A stretch of 64,000 nucleotides of DNA, from the IMG/VR virus record IMGVR_UViG_3300036945_000814, positions 43,026 to 107,025 of that record. One strand, 5' to 3'. The DNA comes from a virus. How positions within the stretch are numbered: position 1 is the first letter of the stretch; the number at the start of each line of letters is the position of its first letter. The notes under the pieces were generated by a model that did no database searches, was not told the DNA's origin, and saw only the letters and a program-made list of their open reading frames with translations. Shown piece after piece: positions 54,931-63,609 of the stretch. A program made the position numbers and the translations under genes.

Positions 54931-55271
54931 CGAAGCTCAAAGCGGCATGGACGTGGGTCAAGGCGCACTGGCCCGTCGTCGTCGCCATCGTCGTCGGCGC
55001 CATCGGCTTCGCCCTCGGCGGCGCCTTTGTCCGCGAGCTGCGCTTTCCCGACAAGCGCGTGCGACGCGAGCTTGAAGCCGCCCGCGAGGGCGAAATGGCG
55101 GCCCGCGTCGCCATCGACCACGGCACCGAGCACGCCGTCAAAGCCATCGAGGAGCAGCATGAATCCACGATCCAAGCCCTCGACGCCGCACAGAAGGCCA
55201 AGTACGAGCGCCTGCGCGCGGATCCTCGCGCTCTTGCTGCTCACCTCTCACGCCTCTCCGACAAGGGCTGA
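54927..55271 (+). CDS. Rz/i-spanin-like protein (N-terminal TM plus coiled coil)
   Basis: WPVVVAIVVGAIGFALGGAFV then a helical region. Confidence 0.5.
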   Translation: MTKLKAAWTWVKAHWPVVVAIVVGAIGFALGGAFVRELRFPDKRVRRELEAAREGEMAARVAIDHGTEHAVKAIEEQHESTIQALDAAQKAKYERLRADPRALAAHLSRLSDKG

Positions 55272-55653
55272 CGAGCCCGACGCCGTCTTCGTCGAAGAGG
55301 GCGGCCGCGCGCCGTTCGATGCGATCTGCTTCCCGCCCGCTCGCGCGGAACGCCTCGGGGCCAAGGCCGAGACGTGCGAGCTTCGACGACAGCTCGACGG
55401 CCAGCTCGCCACCGACAGGGCCGCGCTACAGCTCGACGCCTGCAACGCCAAGCTCAAGCTCGCCGACGAGGCCGGCAAAGCCCGTGAGGCGCTGCTCGTG
55501 AAGGCGCTGGAGGACGCGCGCGAGGCCGGGCGTCGTGAGGTGTGGGAGGAGCCCGCAGCCGTGCTCGCCGTGGGCGTCGTGGCGGGAATCGCCGCCACGG
55601 TCGGCGCCGTCCTGCTTGTCGGCCAGCTTCGGCCGTTGGTTCCCGCGCCGTGA
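55159..55653 (+). CDS. Overlapping exported protein with C-terminal TM (spanin-like position)
   Basis: GGAG-ATG 55159, signal-like RILALLLLTSHASPTRA, coiled coil, C-terminal VLAVGVVAGIAATVGAVLLV. Confidence 0.5.
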   Translation: MNPRSKPSTPHRRPSTSACARILALLLLTSHASPTRADEPDAVFVEEGGRAPFDAICFPPARAERLGAKAETCELRRQLDGQLATDRAALQLDACNAKLKLADEAGKAREALLVKALEDAREAGRREVWEEPAAVLAVGVVAGIAATVGAVLLVGQLRPLVPAP

Positions 55654-55772
55654 GCTGGACGTGCGTGCTCATCGGGTTCGCCGCCGGGCTCGTGACGGCC
55701 CTGCCCCTGCTCGCCATCCGCCGGGGGCACCCGCGGGGGCGCCGCCGCGGCGACGTTGACCCGCCGCGTTAG
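55650..55772 (+). CDS. Small single-TM peptide (40 aa)
   Basis: GTGA overlap; MSWTCVLIGFAAGLVTALPLLAIRR. Confidence 0.35.
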   Translation: MSWTCVLIGFAAGLVTALPLLAIRRGHPRGRRRGDVDPPR

Positions 55773-55776
55773 AAGA

Positions 55777-56601
55777 TCAGCCTTCGGTCGGCGACGCGGC
55801 GAGGGTTTCCCCTTCGGCCGGCGGTGGGGCTTTCGGCATTCCGGCTTCGGCCGGCGGCGCATTCCGCGCTGCTCGACGCGCGCGCACGGCGCGAGTGTGA
55901 TCGAGCCAGACCGTTCGCCCGGCCGGCATACACCATTTCTTGCGCAGCTCGACGACGATGAGGTCGTCGAGCACATAGCGGTGCTGCGGGATCGTGGGCT
56001 CGTCGATGCCCCACAAGCGCACGGCGGCGGCGCGCAGCACCTTGCGGAAGGTCATCCCGTGCGCGCCTTCGGCCCGGTTCAAGGCAGCGCAGGCGCCATG
56101 ACAAAGCTCGTGCAACAGAAGCTCAAGAGCGGCGGCTCGATCCACGCCGGGACCGAAGCGGAGGTGCGTGCGCCGGCGTGAGCCCGTGCCTCGGTAGTAG
56201 CCGGCTCGCGTGCTGCGAGCGACCACGAGCGAAGGCGGGGCGTCATGCGCCGGGATGAAGGTGCCGCGCGGCGCGGCCTTGCGCGCTTCGTCGCAGAGCA
56301 CATGCCAGTAGGACGGCACACGCTCCGGCAGGTAGGCGCCGTCGATCGTGAGCTTCGAGCGGTCGGCGGCCTTTGCCACCGATCGGGTCGCCTTGCGGCG
56401 CTCGGCGGCCTTGCCGGCCTTGGCCTTGGCCGCTTCGGCGCGGGCCTCGCGCTCGCTGTCCAGCGCCGGACAGGTGCGCTCGACGAGGCGGCCCGTTTTC
56501 TCGCTGCACGCGAGGCAGTAGCGCCGGGCGTCGTCGCGGCGGGGCTTGCTCGGGGCGAGCTTGCCCCCGGCGCACAGGGGACAGATCCATCGCTTCATCA
56601 T
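55777..56601 (-). CDS. Zn-finger plus SprT-like metalloprotease
   Basis: CPLC..CLAC..C at the N-terminus; LLHELCHGAC..AHGMTF; ATGA overlap with the upstream gene. Confidence 0.7.
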   Translation of the reverse strand: MMKRWICPLCAGGKLAPSKPRRDDARRYCLACSEKTGRLVERTCPALDSEREARAEAAKAKAGKAAERRKATRSVAKAADRSKLTIDGAYLPERVPSYWHVLCDEARKAAPRGTFIPAHDAPPSLVVARSTRAGYYRGTGSRRRTHLRFGPGVDRAAALELLLHELCHGACAALNRAEGAHGMTFRKVLRAAAVRLWGIDEPTIPQHRYVLDDLIVVELRKKWCMPAGRTVWLDHTRAVRARRAARNAPPAEAGMPKAPPPAEGETLAASPTEG

Positions 56602-56834
56602 CGAGCGGCCTTCTCTTTCTTCGCCGCGAGCTTCGCCTTTCGCGCGGCCGCGGCTTCGATCTTGATCCCCATCCACGCGATCGACTCGATCGGCACGAGG
56701 TAGCGCATCCGCCGTCCCTTCTCTCGGATCTCGACGAGGTCGCCGGGCAAGAGCGTCACGATCAGGACACGGCCGCCTGAGCGGAGCGCGCTGTAGGTTT
56801 CGCGAGAAACGGGCTTGGTGAGCTTGGTTGCCAT
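56598..56834 (-). CDS. Small basic hypothetical protein
   Basis: AGGAG SD, 78 aa. Confidence 0.65.
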   Translation of the reverse strand: MATKLTKPVSRETYSALRSGGRVLIVTLLPGDLVEIREKGRRMRYLVPIESIAWMGIKIEAAAARKAKLAAKKEKAAR

Positions 56835-56842
56835 GCAGACTC

Positions 56843-57067
56843 CTAGAGGAAGCGGACAGTCGCGACGGCGCCGGTGACGAAGGCGCCGCCGAAGTGGCCG
56901 GTGAGCCCGATCGTGACCTCGGCTGACTTACCGACGGTGGCGAAAACGAGGTCGTGAGCAGCCCGGATGACCGCAACGCGCGCCGCTTCCACGTCGGGCG
57001 CCGTCGCCGTGAAGTAGACGGTGCTGCCGAAGTCGGCGACGTGAACGGCGGGGGCGGTGTGGTTCAT
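56843..57067 (-). CDS. Small hypothetical protein (74 aa), probably leaderless
   Basis: ATG 7 nt after the -10 box of the reverse promoter. Confidence 0.6.
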   Translation of the reverse strand: MNHTAPAVHVADFGSTVYFTATAPDVEAARVAVIRAAHDLVFATVGKSAEVTIGLTGHFGGAFVTGAVATVRFL

Positions 57068-57111
57068 GCGCTCCATTCTACAGATCGCATTTGTAGTGTC
57101 AAGCGTGAGAC
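57067..57111 (-). promoter_or_regulatory. Sigma70-type promoter, probably leaderless
   Basis: Reverse strand GTCTCA-CGC-TTGACA-N16-TAGAAT-GGAGCGC-ATG. Confidence 0.8.
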
Positions 57112-57123
57112 TGAAAATAAATG

Positions 57124-57258
57124 GATCGGCGCCGCGGATCTGCGCAAATGCTTGGATCTTCGGATGATCTTTCGAGATCCATCGGCGTGTCGCGTTTGGA
57201 TCTTTCGAGGCTGATCCTCCTGATCTGTCGTAAATGTGCGGATCTGCGCAGATCCGCA
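57124..57258. promoter_or_regulatory. GATC-dense operator/origin-like region with a 22-bp perfect palindrome
   Basis: 10 GATC in 131 bp; TGCGGATCTGCGCAGATCCGCA at 57237-57258. Confidence 0.65.
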
Positions 57259-57267
57259 TTATTTTGC

Positions 57268-57304
57268 GTCTCATGCTTGACACCGGAAACGAAGCGCGTA
57301 TGAT
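57268..57304 (+). promoter_or_regulatory. Sigma70-type promoter
   Basis: GTCTCA-TGC-TTGACA(57277)-N16-TATGAT(57299). Confidence 0.8.
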
Positions 57305-57344
57305 GGTTCTCACGGCACTACCGCCGCAGCACAGGAGCCCGCCA

Positions 57345-57854
57345 ATGACGACCACCACCGCTTCCGTCTCTGCCCGCCGCGCCGCCATCGCCCGCGAGAA
57401 CGCCCGCGCCGACGCCTACCTCGCGAGCGTCGAGAACCAGACCAACCGCTTCATCAAGGCCATCGTCGAGGCCGCCAAGCTGACCGAAGAGAACACGCCC
57501 GTCGTCGGCGGCGGCGCCAACGTCTACGGCTACTCCGACGTCATGGCTCACACCGTGATCTCGGTGAACAAGACCGGCACCGTCGCCATCATCCAGCGCG
57601 ACACCGCGACCCTGCTCAACGGTCACGGCTCGGACGCCGCGGACAAGCTGTCGTTCGAGCCCGGCGGCTTCTGCGGCCACACCTCGGGCCGGCAGCGTTA
57701 CAGCTACGAGCGCAATCCCAACGGCGAAACGCTGCGCATCACCCTCCGCGCCAAGGGCCAGCACGCCGGCACATGGCGCACCAAGGGCGCTGGCACCGGC
57801 GCCGCCCGCGTCCGCTTCGGCACCCGCTCCGAGCACTGCGACTTCAACTTCTGA
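57345..57854 (+). CDS. Hypothetical (probably early) protein
   Basis: AGGAG SD, ATG 57345. Confidence 0.7.
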   Translation: MTTTTASVSARRAAIARENARADAYLASVENQTNRFIKAIVEAAKLTEENTPVVGGGANVYGYSDVMAHTVISVNKTGTVAIIQRDTATLLNGHGSDAADKLSFEPGGFCGHTSGRQRYSYERNPNGETLRITLRAKGQHAGTWRTKGAGTGAARVRFGTRSEHCDFNF

Positions 57855-57916
57855 TCGCCCGCCGCCCGCGCGCTCGACGCGACGCTTGCCCCGGCCTTGC
57901 GCGGGGCTTTCGGCGT

Positions 57917-58501
57917 ATGACGAAGAGAATCAAAGCCGGCCGCCCCAACTTTGCGCCCACCTTTGCGTCGTGGGAGCACTTCGAGGACAGCAGGAAAGCG
58001 CGCATCGTGGCCCGCGCGGAACAGCTCTACCGCAAGCACCTTGTCGGCGACGAGCATGTGCCCGGCTCGTGCCTGTATTGGGCCGTGAGCGTGATCGCCG
58101 CGGCGGCCGAGACGGGGCTGCGGCTCATCCCCCAAGCCGGCACCGCGTCCTTCCAGCGGCTCCCCGGCCACCTCGACGACGGCGCCCCGACGACGCTGAC
58201 GCACTTCGGCTACGAATGGCAGCCCGGCTCCCGCTCGCTCGTGAACCTCGGCGGCCGGCTCGTGCTGCCGGAAATGCACGTCTGGGCGGCTGACCCCGTC
58301 GCCGGCGAGATCGTGGATCTCTCCACGCGGCACCTCGTCGAAATGTGCCAGACCGTCGGCGGGCTGCCGTGGCTTGAAGCCGCCCCGCCGCGGTTCCTGT
58401 GGGCGCGTCAGCTCCCCGCCGGCTGGCACTACGCGCCGACGCGCGAGGCGACGGAGCTGGCCGTGCGCTTCGCCACCGAAGCCCTCGCAGAAGAAAAATA
58501 G
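57917..58501 (+). CDS. Hypothetical protein with transglutaminase/papain-like C-H-D pattern
   Basis: GSCLYWA...EMHVWA...EIVDLS. Confidence 0.55.
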   Translation: MTKRIKAGRPNFAPTFASWEHFEDSRKARIVARAEQLYRKHLVGDEHVPGSCLYWAVSVIAAAAETGLRLIPQAGTASFQRLPGHLDDGAPTTLTHFGYEWQPGSRSLVNLGGRLVLPEMHVWAADPVAGEIVDLSTRHLVEMCQTVGGLPWLEAAPPRFLWARQLPAGWHYAPTREATELAVRFATEALAEEK

Positions 58502-58821
58502 GGCCGGGCTGCATCATCGCGACAGGGCGGCGATAGGTACTTGCGGGATAGGGATCCGCCCGGCGCGCAACCGCCATTGATCAAGCCCCCGCACAGACCG
58601 CACCAAGCCGATCCAAAACCGCCACCCCTGACTCACCCATCGCCCCCGCCTTTGGGGGTTGGGGGTCGCACCTCGCTTCACGATCGTTACACGTCGATCC
58701 AACCTGTAAGGATCATAAACGTCTACTGTCGTTTTTCTTGGATCTTGGAACGGCGCTGGCGGTGTTTGTGGCGAAGCGCCACAAACACGCAGAAGCTCGC
58801 TTCGCTCGCTTCGGAGGATTC

Positions 58822-60282
58822 TTGGACCCGCAGATCCGCATCGTCATGGAGAACAGCTCGGCGCGAATCGTCTTCGCGCCGCCAGCGTTGATCCAGCTCT
58901 TGCGCTACGACCTCTCGTACCTCGCCACCGAGGCGTTCACGCCGTCGGACGACGACGGCTGGGACGGCTGGATCAGGCTTATGGACGCAACCGGCTTCAT
59001 GCCAGCGGGCCTCGTGCCGACCGTGCGGCGCCTGCTCGCCAAGTACCAGATCCCCTACGCCTTCAACGATGCTCGGGAGCGCCCCGACGACGATCTGCCG
59101 CTGCACAGCGGCTTCCAGCTCCGCGACTACCAGCGCCACCTTGTCGACCGCGCCTTGAGCATGGGCCGCGGCGTGCTCGACTCCCCGCCGCGCAGCGGCA
59201 AGACGCTCATGGGCGCGGCCATCATCGACGCGAACCCGCTACACACGCTTTGGATCGCGCCTACCAAGGGCATCGTCGCGCAGACGACCCGCGCGCTCGG
59301 CAAGCTCGCGCTCGGCCCCCGTGGCGTCGTCGGCCTCACCGGAGGCTGGCCGAAGACGGCCACCGTGCCCGGCAAGCGGCGATCCGACGAGCTGCACGAC
59401 ACGCGCGTGGTCGTGACGACGGCGGCGACGGCCGTCAAGGCGCCTGAGAGTTTCTACCGATCGCGCAAGATCCTCGTCGTCGACGAGTTTCACCACGCCG
59501 CCGCGTCGACGTACCAAGAGATCAACAAGCGGGCGTCGCCGATCTACTACCGCTACGGCATGACCGGGACGCACTTCCGCAGCGACGAGAACAGCGAGAT
59601 CCTGATGGACGCGGTGCTGTCCGACGTGATCGGGCGCGTCGAGGTCAAGCAGCTCATCGACCTCGGCTTCCTCGCCCCCGTCGACTTCGTCTTCGTCCCC
59701 GTCGAGGAGCCGAAGCTCGGCCCTTGTGCCCTCGACACGGCCTACCGCATGGGCATCGTGAACCATGAGCGCCGAAACCAATGGGCCGCGTGGGCGGCGC
59801 AGACGCTCATGGCGATGGGCAAGCGGGTCATCGTCCTCGTCAAGCACGTCGCGCACGGCGCCAAGCTGGCAGGGATGATCCCCGGCGCGCAGTTTGTGCA
59901 GGGCGCCGGCGGCAGCGGCGACGACACCGTCACCGACGAAGAGGTCGAAGCGAAGATCCACGACTTCAACGCCGGTGCCTGCCCGTGCCTCGTCGGGACG
60001 TCGGTGCTTGGCGAGGGCATCGACCTCCCGGCGGCCGACGCCCTCGTCTACGCCAAGGGCGGCTCGGCGGCCGTCACCGTCACGCAAGACGTGTTTCGCG
60101 TGCTCACGGCGAGCCCCGGAAAGGCGCGCGCCATCGTCGTCGACTTCGCCGATCGGCACCACGACGGGCTCATCGCGCAGTCGGCGAACCGGGGCAGGAT
60201 CTACTCGCGCGAGGATTCATTTTCGGTGGACGTGCTCGGGCAGCCGATGGATCTCGTCGCGTGGCTCGCCCGCCGGCAATGA
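58822..60282 (+). CDS. SF2 DNA helicase (UvsW/XPB-like)
   Basis: LRDYQ, SPPRSGKT, VVDEFHH, GMTGT, EGIDLP; GGAGG-TTG start chosen at 58822. Confidence 0.88.
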   Translation: MDPQIRIVMENSSARIVFAPPALIQLLRYDLSYLATEAFTPSDDDGWDGWIRLMDATGFMPAGLVPTVRRLLAKYQIPYAFNDARERPDDDLPLHSGFQLRDYQRHLVDRALSMGRGVLDSPPRSGKTLMGAAIIDANPLHTLWIAPTKGIVAQTTRALGKLALGPRGVVGLTGGWPKTATVPGKRRSDELHDTRVVVTTAATAVKAPESFYRSRKILVVDEFHHAAASTYQEINKRASPIYYRYGMTGTHFRSDENSEILMDAVLSDVIGRVEVKQLIDLGFLAPVDFVFVPVEEPKLGPCALDTAYRMGIVNHERRNQWAAWAAQTLMAMGKRVIVLVKHVAHGAKLAGMIPGAQFVQGAGGSGDDTVTDEEVEAKIHDFNAGACPCLVGTSVLGEGIDLPAADALVYAKGGSAAVTVTQDVFRVLTASPGKARAIVVDFADRHHDGLIAQSANRGRIYSREDSFSVDVLGQPMDLVAWLARRQ

Positions 60283-60376
60283 CGACAAGCGCGTGCGATG
60301 CCGATTGATCAAGGCAGGGATTGTGGTGTACGTTGCGGTTGCTCGCCCCTTCAACGCACGTTGGTTCGAGCAACCG

Positions 60377-60420
60377 CAACGGCCCCTCTCTCCCCCCGGA
60401 GGTGGCCGTTGTTTCTTTTT
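60377..60420 (+). terminator. Intrinsic terminator overlapping an alternative hairpin
   Basis: CAACGGCC...GGCCGTTG stem followed by TTTCTTTTT. Confidence 0.7.
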
Positions 60421-60428
60421 GGTGCGCC

Positions 60429-61091
60429 ATGAAAGCCAAGCCCAAGCCCAAAAAGGCGAAGAGGGCTCCCGCGCCGCGGTGGACGCTGGCCGCGTGCCCC
60501 GTGGATGCCCCGGCCCGCGAGCTGTGGCGGCCGGAGTGGCGCGATCACGCCACGAGCCTGCTCGTGGCCTACAACGCCGGCCTGCTCAACAACCCGACCC
60601 GTCGGCGCGTGGCAGACGCCGGCCACGTCTCGGTCACGCTCTCCAGCTCGGAGGACGTGCTTGAGGCCCTGTACGCGGTGAGGGTGTGGGCGAAGGCGCA
60701 GGGGGTCGAGCCCGTGGCGTGGGTCCGGTGGAATGGCCGCCGGGTGCGCACGGCCGACAGCGCCGTCGCGCGTCTGCTCCATCTTTTCGACACCGAGCGC
60801 GTGGTGGCGTACCGCTCGGACGCCATGACGAGCGTCAACGAAGCCGACGCGCAGGATGCGGCCCTACACGCTCGTCTCGGGGCGAGCGGGTTCGTTCCGG
60901 GCCGGGATCTGCACGCTGGCGCCGAGCTGGCGAAGCTCCATTTCCTCGATCGAGGCCGCGAGATCCTTTGTCTCGATGCCCACGACATCACTTTTGGGTT
61001 CCACGCCGCGTCCCCCTCGTGTTTGAGGTGTTCGTTGCGCGACCGTTGCAAGGCTGAGACGACGTTTCGTCTCGGAAAGAACCGCCCGTGA
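60429..61091 (+). CDS. Hypothetical replication-module protein with C-terminal Cys cluster
   Basis: C..CLRC..C; GTGA overlap with the DnaB-like gene. Confidence 0.6.
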   Translation: MKAKPKPKKAKRAPAPRWTLAACPVDAPARELWRPEWRDHATSLLVAYNAGLLNNPTRRRVADAGHVSVTLSSSEDVLEALYAVRVWAKAQGVEPVAWVRWNGRRVRTADSAVARLLHLFDTERVVAYRSDAMTSVNEADAQDAALHARLGASGFVPGRDLHAGAELAKLHFLDRGREILCLDAHDITFGFHAASPSCLRCSLRDRCKAETTFRLGKNRP

Positions 61092-62461
61092 GCTACCAGC
61101 TTGGCCCGGAGTACCAGCGTGCGCTTCTCCGCTTGTGCCTCGACAACGAGGCTTTCGCGGTGCTCGCCGCGCGGCACCTCAAGCCGGCGTTCTTCGAGAC
61201 GCCGGCCCTGTCGTGGATCTTCTCGACGGTGCAATGGTACCTGTCGACCTACGCGCGGCCGCCGACGGCGCTCGTTGTGCTCGACGCTTGTCGACGTCTC
61301 GACCCGCAGCTCGCCGCGCAGTATTTCCCGACTGTCGAGGGCGTGTGCCTGTCCGTCGTCGTCGAGGAAAAGTACATCGGCGACAAGCTCGTCGAGTTCA
61401 TCAAGCGCAACCTCGTCGTCGACGGCGTCGAGAAACTGCGGCTGCTCTACAACGGCGGCGACGTCGATGCCACGGTCGACTTTTTCCAACAGCGCGCGGA
61501 CGAGATCCAACAAGTAAACGTCGGCGCCGTCGACCGCAGCTTTTTCTTCGAGGAGATTGAGCAGCGCACGGCGCGTCGTCAGCGCGAGGCCGCGCAGGGC
61601 CACCTCTACACGTTCTCGACGGGCGTGCCCGACCTCGACGCCGTGCTCAACGGCGGCTTGAGCAAGGGCGAGCTTGGGATCTGGGTGGCCTACCCGAAGG
61701 TGGGCAAGTCGCACATGCTGCAATGGCTGGCCTACTACGCCGTGCGCGCGCTTCGGATCCCCGTGCTCTACGTCGTCCTCGAAGGCGGCCGGGAGCAGGC
61801 CGAGGACCGTTTCGAGGCGGCTTTCACCTACTCGACGGCAATGGATCTCAAGCACGGCGTCGTCGACGTGAACCGCATGAAGGCGATTCGCGACGAGTAC
61901 CGCGAGCTGAAAGACCTCCTCGTCATCCGCGGCTACACCAAAGACGCAGCGTGGAACGCGAGCGTCAACGACGTCTACGCCGAGATCGTGGACCTTCGCC
62001 AGCGTCGAGGATTCCGCCCGCGGCTCATCGTGATCGACTACGGCGACCTCCTGCACCCTCGCGAGAAGCAAGAGAACGAGGTGCGCTCGCAGGCGGCGGC
62101 GTTCCGCGACATGAAGGCCCTGTGCGACCGTGACGAGGGCTACGCCTTGTGGACGGCTTCGCAGGCGCAGCGGCCAACCAAGGGCGCCGCCGACAACGTC
62201 GACCACATCGTGCGCAGCTCGCAGATCGCCGACTGCTACGAGAAGGTCCGTTGCGCCGACTTCATTGGATCGCTGAATCGCACGAGCGAGGAAGCGCGCA
62301 CCGAGAAAATGCGGATCTTCGCCGAGCTGTACCGCTCGGCGCCGGCGGGCCGGCTGATCGAGGTCCGTACCGACTTCGCCCACCACCGCGCAGTCACGAC
62401 GACGCTGCGCTCGACGCAGTTTGAGGCGGCACATGAGCAGGAGCAGCTTGAGGCATGGTGA
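61088..62461 (+). CDS. DnaB-like replicative helicase
   Basis: STGVPDLDAVLNGGLSKGEL, AYPKVGKS, LIVIDYGD, WTASQ. Confidence 0.9.
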   Translation: MSYQLGPEYQRALLRLCLDNEAFAVLAARHLKPAFFETPALSWIFSTVQWYLSTYARPPTALVVLDACRRLDPQLAAQYFPTVEGVCLSVVVEEKYIGDKLVEFIKRNLVVDGVEKLRLLYNGGDVDATVDFFQQRADEIQQVNVGAVDRSFFFEEIEQRTARRQREAAQGHLYTFSTGVPDLDAVLNGGLSKGELGIWVAYPKVGKSHMLQWLAYYAVRALRIPVLYVVLEGGREQAEDRFEAAFTYSTAMDLKHGVVDVNRMKAIRDEYRELKDLLVIRGYTKDAAWNASVNDVYAEIVDLRQRRGFRPRLIVIDYGDLLHPREKQENEVRSQAAAFRDMKALCDRDEGYALWTASQAQRPTKGAADNVDHIVRSSQIADCYEKVRCADFIGSLNRTSEEARTEKMRIFAELYRSAPAGRLIEVRTDFAHHRAVTTTLRSTQFEAAHEQEQLEAW

Positions 62462-63506
62462 CGACGCCGACTTCGCCCTCGCGCTGTCGAAGTTTCCTCT
62501 CGTGCCGTGGCTTGTGCGGCACGGCTTCGTCGCGCAAGGCCGGGCGAAGCTGGAGTGGCTGCACGACTGCCCGTGGTGCGGCGGCGAAGACAAGCTGTCG
62601 GTGAATCCGTCGCGGAAGTTCTGGCGCTGCTTCGTGTGCGCCAAGCAGTTTCAGCTCTTGGATCTGCTCGCGGCGTTCGACGGCGGCCACGCCGCTGCCG
62701 CCGAGATCGTGCGGGCCTCGTCAGGCGGCCGGTCGCTCACGCTCATCCCCGAGGACTACCTTGAGGCGGCGGCGCCGTCGCGGCCGTCGACGTGGGAGCC
62801 GGAGCCCATCGCGCCGCCGGAGAGTTTTGCGCCGCTGCACGCCCACATCGAGTACACCGCGCGCCGCGGGCTCGACCTCGACAACATGCGCCGGCTCGGC
62901 GTGGGCGTGTGCTCGTGGGGGCGCTATCAGGATCGGCTCGTGTTCCCCGTCCGCCGGTGGGATGGACATTGGATCTACTTCCAGTCCCGCGCGACGTGGG
63001 AGAAGCGCGACCACGACGAGCTGACGAGCGGCAAGTACCGCAAGAACCTCAACCCGGCCAACGACAACCCGCTCCGCTTCGCGTCGGCGGGCGACGTGGT
63101 GCTCGGCTTGGAGCTGGCCTCCGCCTACCAGCGCATCGCCATCGTCGAGGGGCCGACGGACTGGATCCAGAGCGGACCCGACGCCGTGGCCCTCTTCGGC
63201 AAGGCGCTGTCCGATCGCCAGATCATGCTTCTGGCGCGCGCTGGCGTGCGTGAGGTCGACGTGTGCCTCGACCCCGACGCATGGGAGCGCCCGACCATGA
63301 AAGACCGGGCAGGGCACGTCGTGATCCTCGACAAGCCCCCGCCGGCGAAGCTCGTGGCCGACCGGCTCGCGCAGCATTTTGTCGTGCGTGTCGTGCGTTA
63401 TGCCGATGGAATGGATCCCGGCGCGCACACCCCGGTCGAGAACCACGCCATGCGGGCGACGGCCGAGCTGTGGGGCAACGGATCCAGACTGGCGCAGATC
63501 CCGTAG
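62433..63506 (+). CDS. DNA primase (Zn finger plus TOPRIM)
   Basis: CPWC..CFVC, RLVFP, IVEGPTD, CLDPDA. Confidence 0.88.
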   Translation: MSRSSLRHGDDADFALALSKFPLVPWLVRHGFVAQGRAKLEWLHDCPWCGGEDKLSVNPSRKFWRCFVCAKQFQLLDLLAAFDGGHAAAAEIVRASSGGRSLTLIPEDYLEAAAPSRPSTWEPEPIAPPESFAPLHAHIEYTARRGLDLDNMRRLGVGVCSWGRYQDRLVFPVRRWDGHWIYFQSRATWEKRDHDELTSGKYRKNLNPANDNPLRFASAGDVVLGLELASAYQRIAIVEGPTDWIQSGPDAVALFGKALSDRQIMLLARAGVREVDVCLDPDAWERPTMKDRAGHVVILDKPPPAKLVADRLAQHFVVRVVRYADGMDPGAHTPVENHAMRATAELWGNGSRLAQIP

Positions 63507-63565
63507 CAGATCCATGCAAGGTGGCGGATCTGCGAGAGATCCAATGAATCGCCATGCCGCGCACA

Positions 63566-63609
63566 GTCTCATGCTTGACACCATAAACGCGGCGTGTAGA
63601 ATGGACTCA
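63566..63609 (+). promoter_or_regulatory. Sigma70-type promoter, probably leaderless
   Basis: GTCTCA-TGC-TTGACA(63575)-N16-TAGAAT(63597)-6 nt-ATG(63609). Confidence 0.8.

Noticed and set aside
55777-55870. GC-rich hairpin-like repeats (CTTCGGCCGGCGG x2) as an ncRNA or terminator
   Set aside because: They lie within the 3' end of the minus-strand gene, encode a PPAE duplication and have no clear U-tract.
57888-57910. GCCCCG..CGGGGC-TTT terminator
   Set aside because: Short stem and only three U; possible but too weak to list.
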